Source: Mobula hypostoma (taxonomy: Eukaryota). From it: a stretch of DNA of 64,000 bases. Under the pieces are notes generated by a model, which saw nothing but the letters and a program-made list of their open reading frames with translations, was not told the DNA's origin and ran no database searches. How positions within the stretch are numbered: the first letter of the stretch is position 1; each line of letters starts with the position of its first letter. Below, one piece after another: positions 11,965 through 24,707 of this stretch. A program made the position numbers and the translations under genes. Location: the NCBI RefSeq assembly GCF_963921235.1, contig NC_086105.1, positions 23,684,001-23,748,000 on the forward strand, given 5' to 3'.

Positions 11965-13815
11965 TATAGAGCCATAGTCATAGAACACTACAGCACAGAA
12001 ACAGGCCCTTCAGCCCAACTAGTCCATGCCAAACTATTAATCTGTCAAGTCCCATCGACCTGCACCTGGACCATAACCCTCCATACCCCTCCCCTCTATG
12101 TACTTAAAATGTTGCAATCGACCGGGTATCCACCACTTGTGCTGACAGCTCATTCGCTCCACACTCTCACCACGCTGTGGGTAAAGAAGTTCCCCCTCAT
12201 AGTTCCCTTAGACAGTTCACCTTTCAACCTTAACCCATGATCCCCAGTTCTAGTCTCACCGAACCTCAATGGTAAAACCTGCTTTCATTTACCCTATCTA
12301 TATCCTTCATAATTTTGTAACCCATTATCAAATCTCCCCTCATTCTTTTATGCTCTAGGGAATACAGTTCTAACCTAATCAACCTTCCTCTATAACTCAA
12401 GTCCGAGTCCTGGAAACATCCCTGTAAATTTTCTCTGTACTCTTTCAATCTTATTGATATCTTTCCTTTAGGTAGGTAACCAAAACTGCACACAATACTC
12501 CAAATTAGTCCTCACTAACATCTTATACAACTTCAACATTTCTGCACTCAATAATTTATGAAGGACAATATTTCAAAAGCTTTCTTTACGACCCTCTCTA
12601 CCTGTGACTATCACTTTCAATGAATTATGGATCTGTATTCCCAGATCTCTCTATTCTACCACAGAGCCTTACCGCTCACCGTGTAAAACCCACCTTGGTT
12701 GATCCTCCCAAAGTGCCATACTTCACACTTGTCTGCATTAAATTCCATCTGCCATTTTCCAGCTGGTCCAGATCCTGATGCAAGCTTTGATAGTCTTCCT
12801 CACTGTCCACTATATCCCCAATTTCAGTGTCATCCACAAATCTGCAGATCCAATTAACCATATTATCATCCAGAACATTGATACAGATGACGAACAACAA
12901 TGGACCCAGCACCAATTCCTGCAGCTCATGACAAGTCACAGGCCCCAAGAGAGGCAATCATTTACTACCACTCTCTGGCTCCTCCCACAAAGCCAAAGTC
13001 TAATCCAATTTACTATCTCATCTTGAATGACAAGCAACCAAACCTTCTTCACCAGCCTCCCATGTGAGACCTTGCAAAATCCTTTCTAAAGTTGAAGTAG
13101 ACAACATCCACTATGCTGCCTTCATCAACTTTCCTGGTAACTTCCTCAAAAAACTATACGATTGGTTTGACACAACCTAGCATACACAAAGCCACATTGA
13201 CAATCAGTCCATGTCTATGCAAATACTCATTGATTCAGTCTCTTAGAATACCTTACAATAATTTTCCCACTATTGATGTCGGGCTCATTGGCCCATAAGT
13301 TCATAGCTTATTCTTAAACAATGGAACAACATTAGCTACCCTCCAATCCTCCGGTAAAAAGTATGTTTTAAATATCTGTTAGAGATCCTGCAATTTCTGC
13401 ACTAGCCTTCCACAGGGTCAAATGGAACACCTTTTCAGGTCCTGGAGATTTATCCAGCTGAATTTTCCCCAAGACAGCAAACACCTCCTCCTCCTCCGTA
13501 ATCTGAATAGGCTCCACGACTTCACTGCTGCTTTACCTCACTTCTATAAACTCTCTGTCTGTTTCCCGAGTAAATATAGATGTAAAACATCCATTTAAGA
13601 TCTCCTCCATCTCTTTCAGATCCACACATAGATTACCACTCCGATCTTCCAGAGCACCAATTTTATCCTTTACTCTCCCTTTGCTCTTAATATACAATAT
13701 CTGAAGCCCTTAGGATTTTCCTTCACCTTGTCTGCTAGTGCAACCTCATGTCTTCATTCAGCCCTCCTGATTTCCTTCTGAAGTGTTATCTTGCATTTCT
13801 TATACTCCTGTATAA
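11965..13815 (-). mobile_element. CR1 LINE ORF2 remnant
   Basis: VLGPLLFVICINVLDD...FVDDTEIG (RT) and LYSLEHKRMRGDLI (C-terminus); ATAGAG/ATAGTC/ATAGAAC tail at about 11966-11988. Confidence 0.88.
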
Positions 13816-13879
13816 GGATTGTTGCTGAAGTCCCATTATATCCCAAGGAACTGATTGGCAATGATTTATCAATCCTATT

Positions 13880-14540
13880 TCCATCAGAAATGAATGTTTT
13901 TATTTATATCATGTACTTTGCAGAATCACATTTCATTATTACCAGTACTGTATGTGAAACATACCAGAATTAATTGTGGTTCCGTGACAAGTATAAAGCA
14001 CAGAACAATGCCATAATACGCAACGCAATAGAAGCCGACAATTTACAAGACAATAGAGCAAACAGCCATGGGCAATCAACAACTAGCAGAACGGTCACAT
14101 GCACAAACATCAATAACCAAACTTAAATAATTATGACCATATGAGCAGACTCAATAATTATCAACAGAACAAGGAGAGCAGGAAAGACCATTGAACAGAT
14201 GTTGTGTAGGGATAGTCAGGGTATTACACCACAGTGGCTTTTGTTGAGAAGCTGGACGGCTACAGGGAAGAAGCTTTGGAGATGGTGTGGTCCTGATGGC
14301 GAAGGACTTGTAGTGTCTCCCGAATGGCAATTTAGTAAGGAGGTGACTGATAGGGTGTGCGGAGTCAACAGTAATTTTTTCACCTCTTTTCTTCGCTCTG
14401 GCGATGAACGGGTATTTTAATGTCAATAGCTGACAGCCAATGATCTCGTCTGCTGAGCGAACCATTCGCTGCAACCAGTGTTGGAAAGGGAGGAGGCAGC
14501 GAGAAACCAAACGGTGATACAGGTGTCACAACACTCTCAG
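13880..14540 (-). mobile_element. Rex1/Babar-type non-LTR 3' fragment
   Basis: LQRMVRSADEIIGCQL...KITVDSAHPISHLLTKLPFGRHYKS..IRT is a Rex1-like C-terminal domain. Confidence 0.7.
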
Positions 14541-15199
14541 TGACTACTCATTCAAACTACTCCTAACCCACCCGAAGCAATGTCTACATACCCTACCTAC
14601 ACAGGGACTCGTCGGCCACCTCAAAAAGAGAGTGGAAGTAAAGTCATCCTCAGCACGCGGTCTAGGCCAAAATGAATGTGAAGAAAATAAGTAATACATC
14701 GCCAACAAAAGCAAAGTTGCTTACTATCTAGTGTCATGCGAAAGATCAGCTGCATCGAAGAATACTTTGTCCTTCAGATGAAAGTTTAAACTCCTAGACA
14801 GAAGAACCGGCTCCGCCGATTCGATGCTGTGGGTGATAATCCCGGATTCCAAACCACTGCCCATGCGTCGTTAGAATTACAGACAACCCCGGCTGGAGAA
14901 CTGCACACAATATAAATGCTCCTCCCGACCTATGGTAGGAGCTATTGTTCATCATTGATGACAGGAATGAACAAAAAAAGCACAGTTTCCTTTACATAAA
15001 TAACTACTATTTAACAGTTTTATTAAATAGTGCGAGACTAGTTGCTGGTTCTATGTTTTTTTATGGGGAGGCAACAGGTTGGTTCGATTGTCCATGTCGA
15101 TGGTTGAATGTGTATATTGCAGGAATGTTTACTCAATAAGAGGGCAAAATGAAAAGCGTGAGTGTTATAACACAAACTGAACATAACATAAAGGATTTT

Positions 15200-15960
15200 A
15201 GCGCCGCGGCTCGCCGCTCCGGTCACGCTACCACCTTTGAATGGAAGCAACGCCCCGCAGTTGAGGGCGGAAGTTGAGTGTGATCATCTGATAGAAGGAG
15301 ATCAAGTGATCAGGCTGTCACATGCAACATGGCTTCCTGGTGGAGATTGCAGTTGGTGTTGGTGCTGGTCACGTTGCTGGCGGCCGTCCCGGGAGCCGAG
15401 GCTCTGGACGGAGGGGACGCGGTGGCGCTGCTGCTGGGACTGGCGCTCAGCACGGTGGGGCTGTGCGCCTGCCTGGGCTGGTACGCCCGCAGGAGGAACG
15501 GGCAGCTGTGAGCCGAGCCGAGCCAAAGAGATGCAAGTGTCGCCGCGGCCGGGTCCCCAGAGCAACCGGTTCATCGAAACCCCGAGAGAGATGGGAGGGG
15601 GTCGCCGGCGTGCCGAGCTTCCTCGCCGGGACGCTGCGGGGGACTCGCCCCATTCATTTTCCCGGCTGCTGCACTCCTGAACCGGCCACATGGGCGTCTC
15701 TGCAAGGCGACAACTTTTGGATCTCTCTGACCCTCCACCCTCCCTAAAGTCCCGAGACCGTGCTATTGACCAGGTGTGCTGGCTCGCAGTCCTTCAAAGT
15801 GACGTTTAAAAGTTTCTCAAAGGCCGAATTGGAGCAGAAACTAAATTACAACGCGGAAGTGCTCGTCCTGGCTTCAGTTTTTCCGCTACCCGCAGGAACA
15901 CGCACTGCTTCTGACGAGAAGCTGGGACTTTTACACCTAAGGATCTTTGCGCAAAACGTT
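15200..15960. promoter_or_regulatory. CpG island / probable SMIM30 promoter
   Basis: Abrupt GC- and CpG-rich segment in an AT-rich background. ETS/GABP-type GCGGAAGT at 15267-15274, about 55 bp upstream of the ATG. Confidence 0.75.
15329..15511 (+). CDS. SMIM30: Small integral membrane protein 30 (microprotein; human LINC00998 product)
   Basis: 60 aa: hydrophobic signal-like N-terminus, then EALDGGDAVALLLGLALSTVGLCACLGWYARRRNGQL, matching recalled human EAVEAGDAIALLLGVVLSITGICACLGVYARKRNGQM. Strong Kozak (AACATGG). Adjacent to GPR85 as in human. Confidence 0.93.
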   Translation: MASWWRLQLVLVLVTLLAAVPGAEALDGGDAVALLLGLALSTVGLCACLGWYARRRNGQL

Positions 15961-16696
15961 CAGTAATCTATCTCGCCAGGGTAAAAGTTGGACATGTGTT
16001 CGAGTGGAACTGTTACGTTTCGGTTATTGAAACCCCCCCACCTTAGTTTGAATATTGCCACCTGGTGTCGCAAAAACCCAGTGTTTGCGATAACGTTTCA
16101 CTTCTGTTCATTTGCAGTCTTTTTGTTCCACGCTTCCTTGTAGGCTTAGTTTTTGCATTGCTGTCAGTTGTACAAAGAAACGGTGAGATCAGTCTTCAAC
16201 CAGTGGATTTCTTTAGTGACTAGAGTAGTTAATACTATGCGATTTGTATGAATCTGCCTTTTTTGTGAAGGTAGCACAACGTATCAACTTTTGGTGTGTT
16301 TCTTTGAAGAATTGGTTTTAAAACGTGTTCATTAATCACTTAATTGTTTGGCGGGCATCAACTTGTTACTACAGCTGCCCGTTCTATAAATTCGGATGAT
16401 ATAAATTTGTTTATATAGCTCTTGTATTTTTATAATTGTGATAGTGAACATTTTAAACAGCAAGAGAGGAATCCAGATCAGAATTCCTGTAGATTTAAAA
16501 CAAGCTTCTGGACCATGGGATAAGTCGGCATTTTAGGTTGTGACCCTGCATTAGGACCTGAAAAATTGAGTATCCCATTGCCTCCACAGATGCTGACTGA
16601 CCTGCTGAGTTCCTGCAGCAGTATTTTTTTGTTCCGGATTCCAGCACCTACAATCTGTTGTTTCCCCTGTGATTTTGATGCAGCTACCTCTTAAGT

Positions 16697-16772
16697 CAGG
16701 TGTTCCCAACTTTTTAATGCCATGGAAACCTATTATTAACCTGGGTCCATGTCACCAGGTTGAGAACCCATG
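16697..16772. mobile_element. 76-bp hAT-type MITE
   Basis: TIRs CAGGTGTTCCCAAC / GTTGAGAACCCATG; 8-bp TSD TCTTAAGT / TCTTAAAT. Confidence 0.75.
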
Positions 16773-19700
16773 TCTTAAATTGTGTGGCTTAAAACCAGCC
16801 CCAGGCTTAAGTTTGTACAGGCTACAGCACAGGTTAACTGACATTTTGCCACTTGCCAACAGCAGAGTACACTGTTGCAAAGCCAACTTAAAATGTGTAC
16901 CACATCCAATAATCACTGTTATGTATTGAAACATGACAGGCTGAGTTGAACCCAAGATAATATGCAACAAGGTTTTGAAACTTTCAACTGATATCAAACT
17001 ATTTCAATCATCTGTGTTTGCCAAGCTATATTTTTCAGAAAAGACCATGCCCTGTGAACCAGCTTCAAATGGAGTTTGCTGTGATTGTTAATTAGGGTGA
17101 GGCAGGCTACAACACTACCTGGAGCTTGGTTATAAGAAGAATAGTTATACATACTACATTGGGCCTTCATATGATAATTTATTTCCCTAATTAGCATTTG
17201 CATAGTGTTTGTTTCAAGCTTTGCTTTCAGAATCTATTAAATGTGATAATTACTCAATTAGAAATTGAAGATTACCTATTTGCAAAGATACAGATGATTG
17301 AAAACTTTGGCAATGTGAAGTTTTCTTATTGACCCCACTTTCCATTGAATCTACTTGCAGCTTGTAAACTTCCTGTTCTTTAAGTCTCAAACACCTATAC
17401 TAGTAGTTTTCATATCCTGAATTATTTTCATGATCTAGTCCATTAATTTTATGCGTAATATGCACACAAGATTGTTGTGGAATATGTGCGAGTCAAGTAA
17501 TTGTATTAGTGTTACCAATGCTAATTTTATGAACTTATCAATGCATATCTATATTAAAGTCTTGTATACTTAGTCATATAGAGAACAGCATTGATAAAGT
17601 CATATTTTGCATTTGTCAACCATTCGTCCTTCAATAAGTACTCCATTTGATAACAGCCGCAAGGAATATTTTGGTTCATTTACTGTGATACATTATCCTT
17701 GTATCAATGGAATAGAAATGTCTAAGACAAGTACTGTAATAAAATGTAATTGGATGTACATTCAATATATTAATAGCTTGTGGTGTGCATTGGCCTCTTG
17801 CACCTTCTTATCTGCCTTTATTCTCTTCTCAAATTCAGGATAATTAATCTCTTGAAGTCTTGTGATGTTACTTGTTAGAAATAAAATGCATTAACTTAAG
17901 ACCACAAACAATAAAATAGAAGCAGATGTAGGCTATTTGGCTACTGCCTGCTCATCACTCAATAAAATAATGGCTCAACTTTTGCAAGGTTATTGTAGTA
18001 AATTAGAAACTTCTGTAGATGGCCATTGTGCTGGTCATATCTTCACAGCCTGACAATCTTTCTGTTGGAAAAATTCTGGCATTGTGTTTTGAAGCTAATT
18101 TTCATGTAAATTTCAAATCAGTTCAAGAATATGCAGTAGTTGCTATTTGAAGTATATACCTTGAATCAATTTAGGGATAGGGTAAGTTGAGGTATAGACT
18201 GACCATTGTTGAGTTAAATGATTTAATGGTTGAAGGCCACTATCTCCATGATTTTTATTCCATTCCTGTCAGTATTGTGCCACTTGATTCTATAAATAAC
18301 TATTAGTTCAGAATTATCAGCTCACCTGTTGTTGAGAATTTTGTAGTCCCTGGTGTCTGCCAGAAGGTATGTGACATTTTGCACTTTCAATCTATCTGAA
18401 AACAGATTGAGCAAATATTTAGTTAACTGGGACTAGATACAGATCATTAAGTTGCTCTGTTTCGCAAATAAACATTTAGACATTGAATATGTTTACTGCA
18501 CAGTTGTGATAATGGTACACTGCTCTCTCATCTTATTGCTAGGCTTAAACAAAATGAGTTAGAAATAATTCTTCTCTGTACTCCCAATTGTCTTAATGCT
18601 CTTTGATTGACAGTCCATCTTTCTTTCTGTAAGAGAAAGACAGAAAAGCACAGTCAAGCAAGAGGGTCAAAAAGTAAATGCTGGAAAGCAATGCGGGGAG
18701 CAATCAAATGTCAAGAACCTACAGAACCAGTACACCTCGCTGATGAAGGGAATAGCTGTTACCTGTAAATATAAACCTCATTGCATCATCAACGTACCTC
18801 TAACCTTCAGGAAGATGATAGTTTCAAATTTGGGACTTGATAAGTGGGGGGGGGGGAGTCAAAATTGGTTGCTCAAAACTAAGCAATACTAGAAAACAAT
18901 AGATTTAGTAGTTAGTCTTAATCGTGCATGAAATTGGTCTTGTGAAGTATGAGCCACATAATGTGGCTAAAATTGCATATGTTGTGTGGAGGAGGGATGA
19001 GCATTTTTGTAATTGTGTGTTGATGCATTTCTTAATTTGTTTGCACGACTCATTTTCTCAATTTGCACATAATAGAAATGTTTTTTTCCCAAGTATCAGT
19101 AAAATCTATAAGATCTTTCCTAATCTTTTGCCTAATATGTACTTGCAATCTGGTTGCTTGTTTACTCATCCACTGTTTAATGACGTGTTTCAATCTAGTG
19201 TCACTGGCTGTGTTCTCAGTATTCTTTCTATTACCCTCTGTTAATACTGTATGTATAGCTTCAAAGGTTCTTCCACAATTAATTTGACTTTTTTTGTTTT
19301 CTCCATGCTGAAAACAAAGGATTCTGTTCACTAGCCACTCTCAGTACTGACTTTATTTTTGGTAGCTAAAGACACTTTGCTTCTAATTATATCCATCTTG
19401 TACAGCTATCTGATTATAAGTGTGGTCTCTGTAGTCAGTTTGAAGCATGAGAGGTGCAATAGCTAGATTAGCTTGATCAGCTCAGTTAATTATACTAGCA
19501 AACGACAAAGGGCAAGATAGTTGTGATGGTTGGAGTGCCAATATTAAAGACTACATTTCCCCTGTCAGTAATATACAGGACAAGAGAAGTTTCATGCTAC
19601 CTCAGATGACCAAGGTCAGTTTGTATGTTAACAACTGCTTTACTAAAGTGTTCATTCACTTGAATAGAGTAATTTCAAAGCTACAAATCCAATTTTGGGC

Positions 19701-19889
19701 CTCCATTAAGCACTATGGTCCTTCAATCTTTTAATTGCATTTGATCATAACGTGTAACATTGTGGCCTGGATACTGTCACGTGAGTACAGCAGTGTTACA
19801 GGGTGTTTGGTCTGTGATATCTGCTGAACACAATGCAAATTTAAACTAATCTAATATGTATGCCATTGTCTGTATCCTGCAGGCCTCTC

Positions 19890-20275
19890 CCCAACTGTGT
19901 TCCTGTTATCTCCTTCGGGTGCTCCTCCCCTTTCGCTTTCTTCCATGGCCTTCAGTCCTCGCCTATCAGATTCCCCCTTCTCCAGCCCTTTATCTCTTCA
20001 CTTGACTTCCTAGATCTTCACCTCACCCCTACACACCTCCCAGTTTCACCTATCACCTACTATGTGGTATTTCTTCATTTTCCCCCCCCCCCCCACCTTC
20101 TTACTCTGCCTTCCCATCTTTTTTTTTCTCCAGTTCCAATAAAGGGTCTTGGCCCAAAACATTGGCTGTTTACTCTTTTCTATAGAGGCTGCCTGGGTTG
20201 CTGAGTTCCTCCAGCATTTTGTGTGTGTGCGTGTTTTGCTTTGGATTTACAGCATCTGCAGATTTTGTTTTGTTT
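19890..20275 (+). mobile_element. Penelope 3' UTR/tail fragment with decayed hammerhead motif
   Basis: CCTATCAGATTCCCCCTTCTCCAGCCCTTTATC...AAGGGTCTTGGCCCAAAACATTGGCTG...GCTGAGTTCCTCCAGCATTTTGTGTG. Confidence 0.8.
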
Positions 20276-20639
20276 TTGTTCCTGTCTAACTGCTTCCACC
20301 ATTTTCCCTGAACGTATGCTCAGTTTTTAACTCTATAATCTCCTTTTAAATTTTCTCCCTCACTTTAAATTTATGTCCTCCAGATTCTGACAGTTCCACA
20401 CTGGGGGAAAAAGACTCTGTTTGCCCCATTTTTGCCTTTGTCCTTATGTACTATCAGGTTGCTCCTTAGCCTCTGTTGCTCCAGATGAAATAATCCAAGC
20501 TTGATTTAATTAGTTCATGTATGTTAAAGATTAGCTTTATTTGTCACATGTACATCAAAACATACAGTGAAGTGCAGGGGGCAGCATACAAGTGTTGCCT
20601 TACTTCCAACTCCAACAGAGCATGCCCACAGCTTACTAA

Positions 20640-21520
20640 CCCCTAAATACAAGGGCTAAAAGGTAGCCTGGCTGTGGTGTTGAATTTGCTCCAGAACTAG
20701 CTACGGCTTTTATTAAGCAGCTCTTGTTACCTGCAACATTGGCATCTACCCAAAAATATGAAAGTCATCAAAGCACCCTATGTCCAGAAAAAGTCAAGTT
20801 CAATCTGATCTAAACCATTTGTTTCTGGATTTCTTCAGGATCTTGGTCAAAACATGGGAGACAAAGCCTAAATTCCAGAGGTGAGTTAATACTAATATTA
20901 ACTACCTATATCAGAGCTTACACTTGGGGTGTGAACAATGGACAATCTCCAGTGCAAGCACTTGGCAACATAAGGATAGGTATAATATACAGTATGAACT
21001 ACATTCCAAGCAAAGTAAGCAAATTTAAGTTCCCGTGTTGCCCTTGCATAAGTGAAAACACATTCAACCTGTTTCATTAACACACTTCCCATCTATTATG
21101 AGATTGGAAGTGGGCTGTTTGCTGATGATAAGACAGTTTTCAGCTACATTCTCAGTTTCAAAGCAAATGAAGCATTTTGAATGCAGGAATTCTTGGACAA
21201 CATCCAAGGTCTGACCAATAAGTGACAAGTAACGTTGAAACCACACAAGCTCCAGGTGATGATCATTGTCAAGAGAGAACATAACCAGCTCACATTGACT
21301 TCCAATGGCATTTTCATTACAGAGTCTCTGACCGTCAACATTCTCGAGGTCACCAGTGACAGAGCTCAAAAAGAACTGGTACATAAATCAGAATGGTGCA
21401 GCAAAGGGAGATGGTTGAAAGAAGTTATCAGCCTAGCAACTCTGCTACAGCTAGCTTCCACTAGATTCCAGATCCAAAACAAGGCACTGCACAAAACCTT
21501 CAGCTTAATGGGGGTGTTCA
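20640..21520 (+). mobile_element. Very old non-LTR (CR1/L2-like) RT remnant
   Basis: Decayed blocks readable as PELAT...GIYP...W and GLFADD...F (GGGCTGTTTGCTGATGAT at about 21112). Confidence 0.5.
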
Positions 21521-21679
21521 CCCCATAAACACAGCATATATGTGTATCCTCTGCTTATCAACCTTGCACCTCTCATTCATTTTCATATCACCTCATGATT
21601 TTGAACACTGCCTCTTGTTACATATTATCAGGATGAGATTAAGGTCTAGGCTATATTATCTACATATATAATGTGAAAA

Positions 21680-22155
21680 TCCTCCAGGAACGTTCATACC
21701 CTCTAATCAAGGTAGCACCTCTTCTGCACTCTCTCCAGTGTCCACATCCTCTTTATAATGGGGCAGACAGCATCATATGCAATACACCAAGTGCAGTCTG
21801 ACTGGAGTTTTGTGTACATGTAGCATAACTTCCTTACTCTTGTATCGAAATCCCCATGAAGGTAATGCCTTATCACATTAAATTTCATAGCCGCTTTCAG
21901 TGAAGTCTGGACATGAACCCAAAATCACTCTGTACCTCAATGCTATGAAAGGGTATACTGTCTCATTTGACTTCCCAAAGTGCAAAACTTCACACTTCCC
22001 TGGATAAAACTCAATCTGCCACTTTTCTGCCCATATGTGTAACAGATCTATATCATGCTGTATTCTTTGATAGTCCGTTGCACTATCCACCACTCCACAA
22101 TCTTAGATTCATCCACAAACTTATTAATCCAACCCTCTACATTTTCATCCAAACC
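21680..22155 (-). mobile_element. CR1 LINE fragment
   Basis: IQHDIDLLHIWAEKWQIEFYPGKCEVLHFGKSN and MWTLERVQKR. Confidence 0.8.
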
Positions 22156-22984
22156 ATCACAGAGGTCCCCAGGACCTGATGAAGAGTTGTGGTCCTAAAC
22201 ATAGACAGTTTATTCCCCTCCATAGATGCTGCATGACCTGCTGAGTTTCCCTCAGCATTTTGTGTGTGTTACTCTAGATTTCCAGCTTCAGCAGGATCTA
22301 ATATATTTATGGGCCACAGCAGCAATCCTTGTGAAACACCACTGGTCGTGAAATCTCCAGCCAGAATTAGTCTTCCCCCACACCCGTTGTCATCTCAGAT
22401 GTCCCTGGAATTTTCAGGGCAAAATATTCTCTGTCAGACATGGTTGACATGATTGAGTCAAGGTATTACATGAGAGGTGCCCCTCATGGGTTTCTCCAGC
22501 TTCCTGTTCACAGATTTGCTTTCACATAAATTCTAATTGTCACCGCTGTGCTCACTAGAGACACCTGGCAAAGAGACAAGGTAAGCCATTGAATTGATTG
22601 CACAACATTGTCATTCTTACCTGATTAATTTGCAATGCTTTTTCAAAGCAAAATGACACAATTGTAATGACACACTCAAATAATTTAATCTGTTAAAATG
22701 TATTCTCTTGATTCAGCTGTTTCAATGGAAGTTGAAGTCCCCAATAGATTCAAGATTCCAATTTGTTTATCACATACAGTGAAGTGTCATTTACATTAAC
22801 AATGATAACAATCAAATATGAAAACTACAAATTTAAAAAAGTTAACAACACAAAAACTGAGCTAACAGTCAGAAATTGAGTGAACTCTAGGACCCTGATT
22901 GTCCTAAGGGAAGAAAGTGATCCCAAAAAAAGTTAAATATGAGTACAAAGATGACTTGTGTTGCTCTGTCCTAAATTCTACATT

Positions 22985-23515
22985 ACTCGAAACGGCCCAG
23001 TTCATCAAGGGTAAAGTTCTCCCAACCATTGAGCAGATCTACATGAAACACTGTTGTAGGAAAGCAGAATCCACCATCATTGGACCCTCTCCACCCAGGT
23101 CATGCTCTCGTCTCACTGACACCATCAGGGAAAAGATACAGGAACCTCAGGACACCCCCAAAATCAGGTTCAGGAGCAGTTTCTACCCCTCATCCATTAG
23201 GCTTCTGAACCAGACGGCATAATTCACTCAACTTCACGCTCTATCATTGAAATGTTCCTGCAGCAATGGATTCACTTTCAAGGACTCTTTATCTCAAGTT
23301 CTTAATATTTATTGTTTATTTATTTTTTGTTTTTGTATTTGCATATTTTGTTGCCTTCTACATTCTGGTTGAACACCCAAGTTGGGTGGTCCTTAATTGA
23401 TTCTGTTATGGTTATCCTATTGAGTTATTGAGTATGCCCATGGGGAAAATGAATCTCAGCGTTGTATATCGTGACATACATGTACTTTGATAAATTTTCT
23501 TTGAACTTTGAACTC
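22985..23515 (+). mobile_element. Rex1/Babar-type 3' end
   Basis: AQFIKGKVLPTIEQIYMKHCCRKA...RFRSSFYPSSIRLLN with (TTTGAAC)2 tail. Sister copy at 39570-40100. Confidence 0.8.
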
Positions 23516-23939
23516 ACCAGACACAATGGAAAATTCAATAATGCTGACGAATCATATACTCCAAGTTTATAAATCTAATTAAACAAAATAAATGGTATAC
23601 CAGGTCGTTAAGTCATAGCTGCTTGCTATGCAGTTTTGTAGTTAGTCTAAACTACAGTATCCTAACTAACTTCAGAAAATAACATTCTCGATTATAGGTA
23701 GAAAAACAAAGTGCAGCCCAAAATTGTGAAGTAACACAGAGTCAATAATCACCATTTGACTTCCCAAAGGCTGTTCATAAATGTTAAGTAGTGATGAATG
23801 AGTATGTGCAGCCAAACGCTCATTTTGCATACCAATATAATTAATGAAAATGCGTATTAAAAGCTAATTGTTACACGGATGTAAGTTTTTCAATAGAATA
23901 TGTAGCAACTAAAATCTGGCAAAATAAATCTATTTGACA

Positions 23940-24251
23940 ATGCAGCGTGTGCCAGAGGTTATCTTTACCAGGCTCGGCCGTTTGTAAAGCTTTGCAATGC
24001 CTGGCTGGCTGAGGTAACATAAATTAGCGTTAATCACGTTCCCGATGGAGCGGACGTGTTACATTTAAGCGCCTTTGCCTTTGCTGTGTGTATGTGTGTG
24101 GAAGGAGGAGAGATGCGACAGCAGAAGACGCGGCAGGGATTACAAATAGGCTCGGTGCGCAGTCTCCGTCTCAGGCACTTGCTATCCATTCACTCCCAGC
24201 AAGCTACTGACAGCAGGAGACAGCAACTCCTTGTGACACCACAGTCAGCCC

Positions 24252-24290
<39 letters not shown>

Positions 24291-24707
24291 AAACAACACA
24301 GGTACGTGCTTTTCCATCTTCCTGAATAAATGTATTTCTGCTCAAGACACGGAAAATGTCGATGAAATGATGCTTTAAAATGTTAATTGTCAGTTTGCTG
24401 TGCATCTTTCCACAGAAATAAGAGGCTGCTTTTTGAAATATATGATGATTCATTTTATAGGCTCCTCGCCGTAAATAATTACCCGGGATCGGGTGGATTT
24501 TATAGATGCCTTTAATGAGAGTGACGCCCGGGTAGGGCCGGACACGCCAGCTCTGGATTTTTTTCCACCTCTATCTATTTACACAGAAGAGCTAGACGGG
24601 AGGGGTGGGAGACTGGATTTTTTTTAATATATACCGGCGCTCTCCTTCCATCATGACTCTTCACTGCCGTGGCTGAGGCTGTTGCCAGATTCCCACTGTC
24701 TGGATCT
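23940..24707 (+). promoter_or_regulatory. Probable GPR85 promoter/5' UTR with a short intron
   Basis: CpG-enriched. Candidate donor CAG|GTACGT at 24301/24302; candidate acceptors TTTTATAG| (24460) and TATTTACACAG| (24586). Confidence 0.5.
24255..24284. repeat. (AG)15 microsatellite
   Basis: Perfect dinucleotide run read directly. Confidence 0.95.

Noticed and set aside
15237-15747. Longer overlapping ORFs (147, 141 and 129 aa) over the CpG island
   Set aside because: These are stop-poor GC-rich frames with low-complexity R/G/P composition. Only the 60-aa frame matches a known protein.
22917-23222. Possible host-gene exon (ALKBH8 N-terminal/DUF1891-like)
   Set aside because: This is the Rex1/Babar C-terminal domain, repeated at about 14.2 and 39.6 kb with retroelement tails.
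24669-24707. 13-aa N-terminal extension of GPR85 in the ORF track
   Set aside because: It starts at GTG. The conserved N-terminus MANYSHA begins at ATG 24708.
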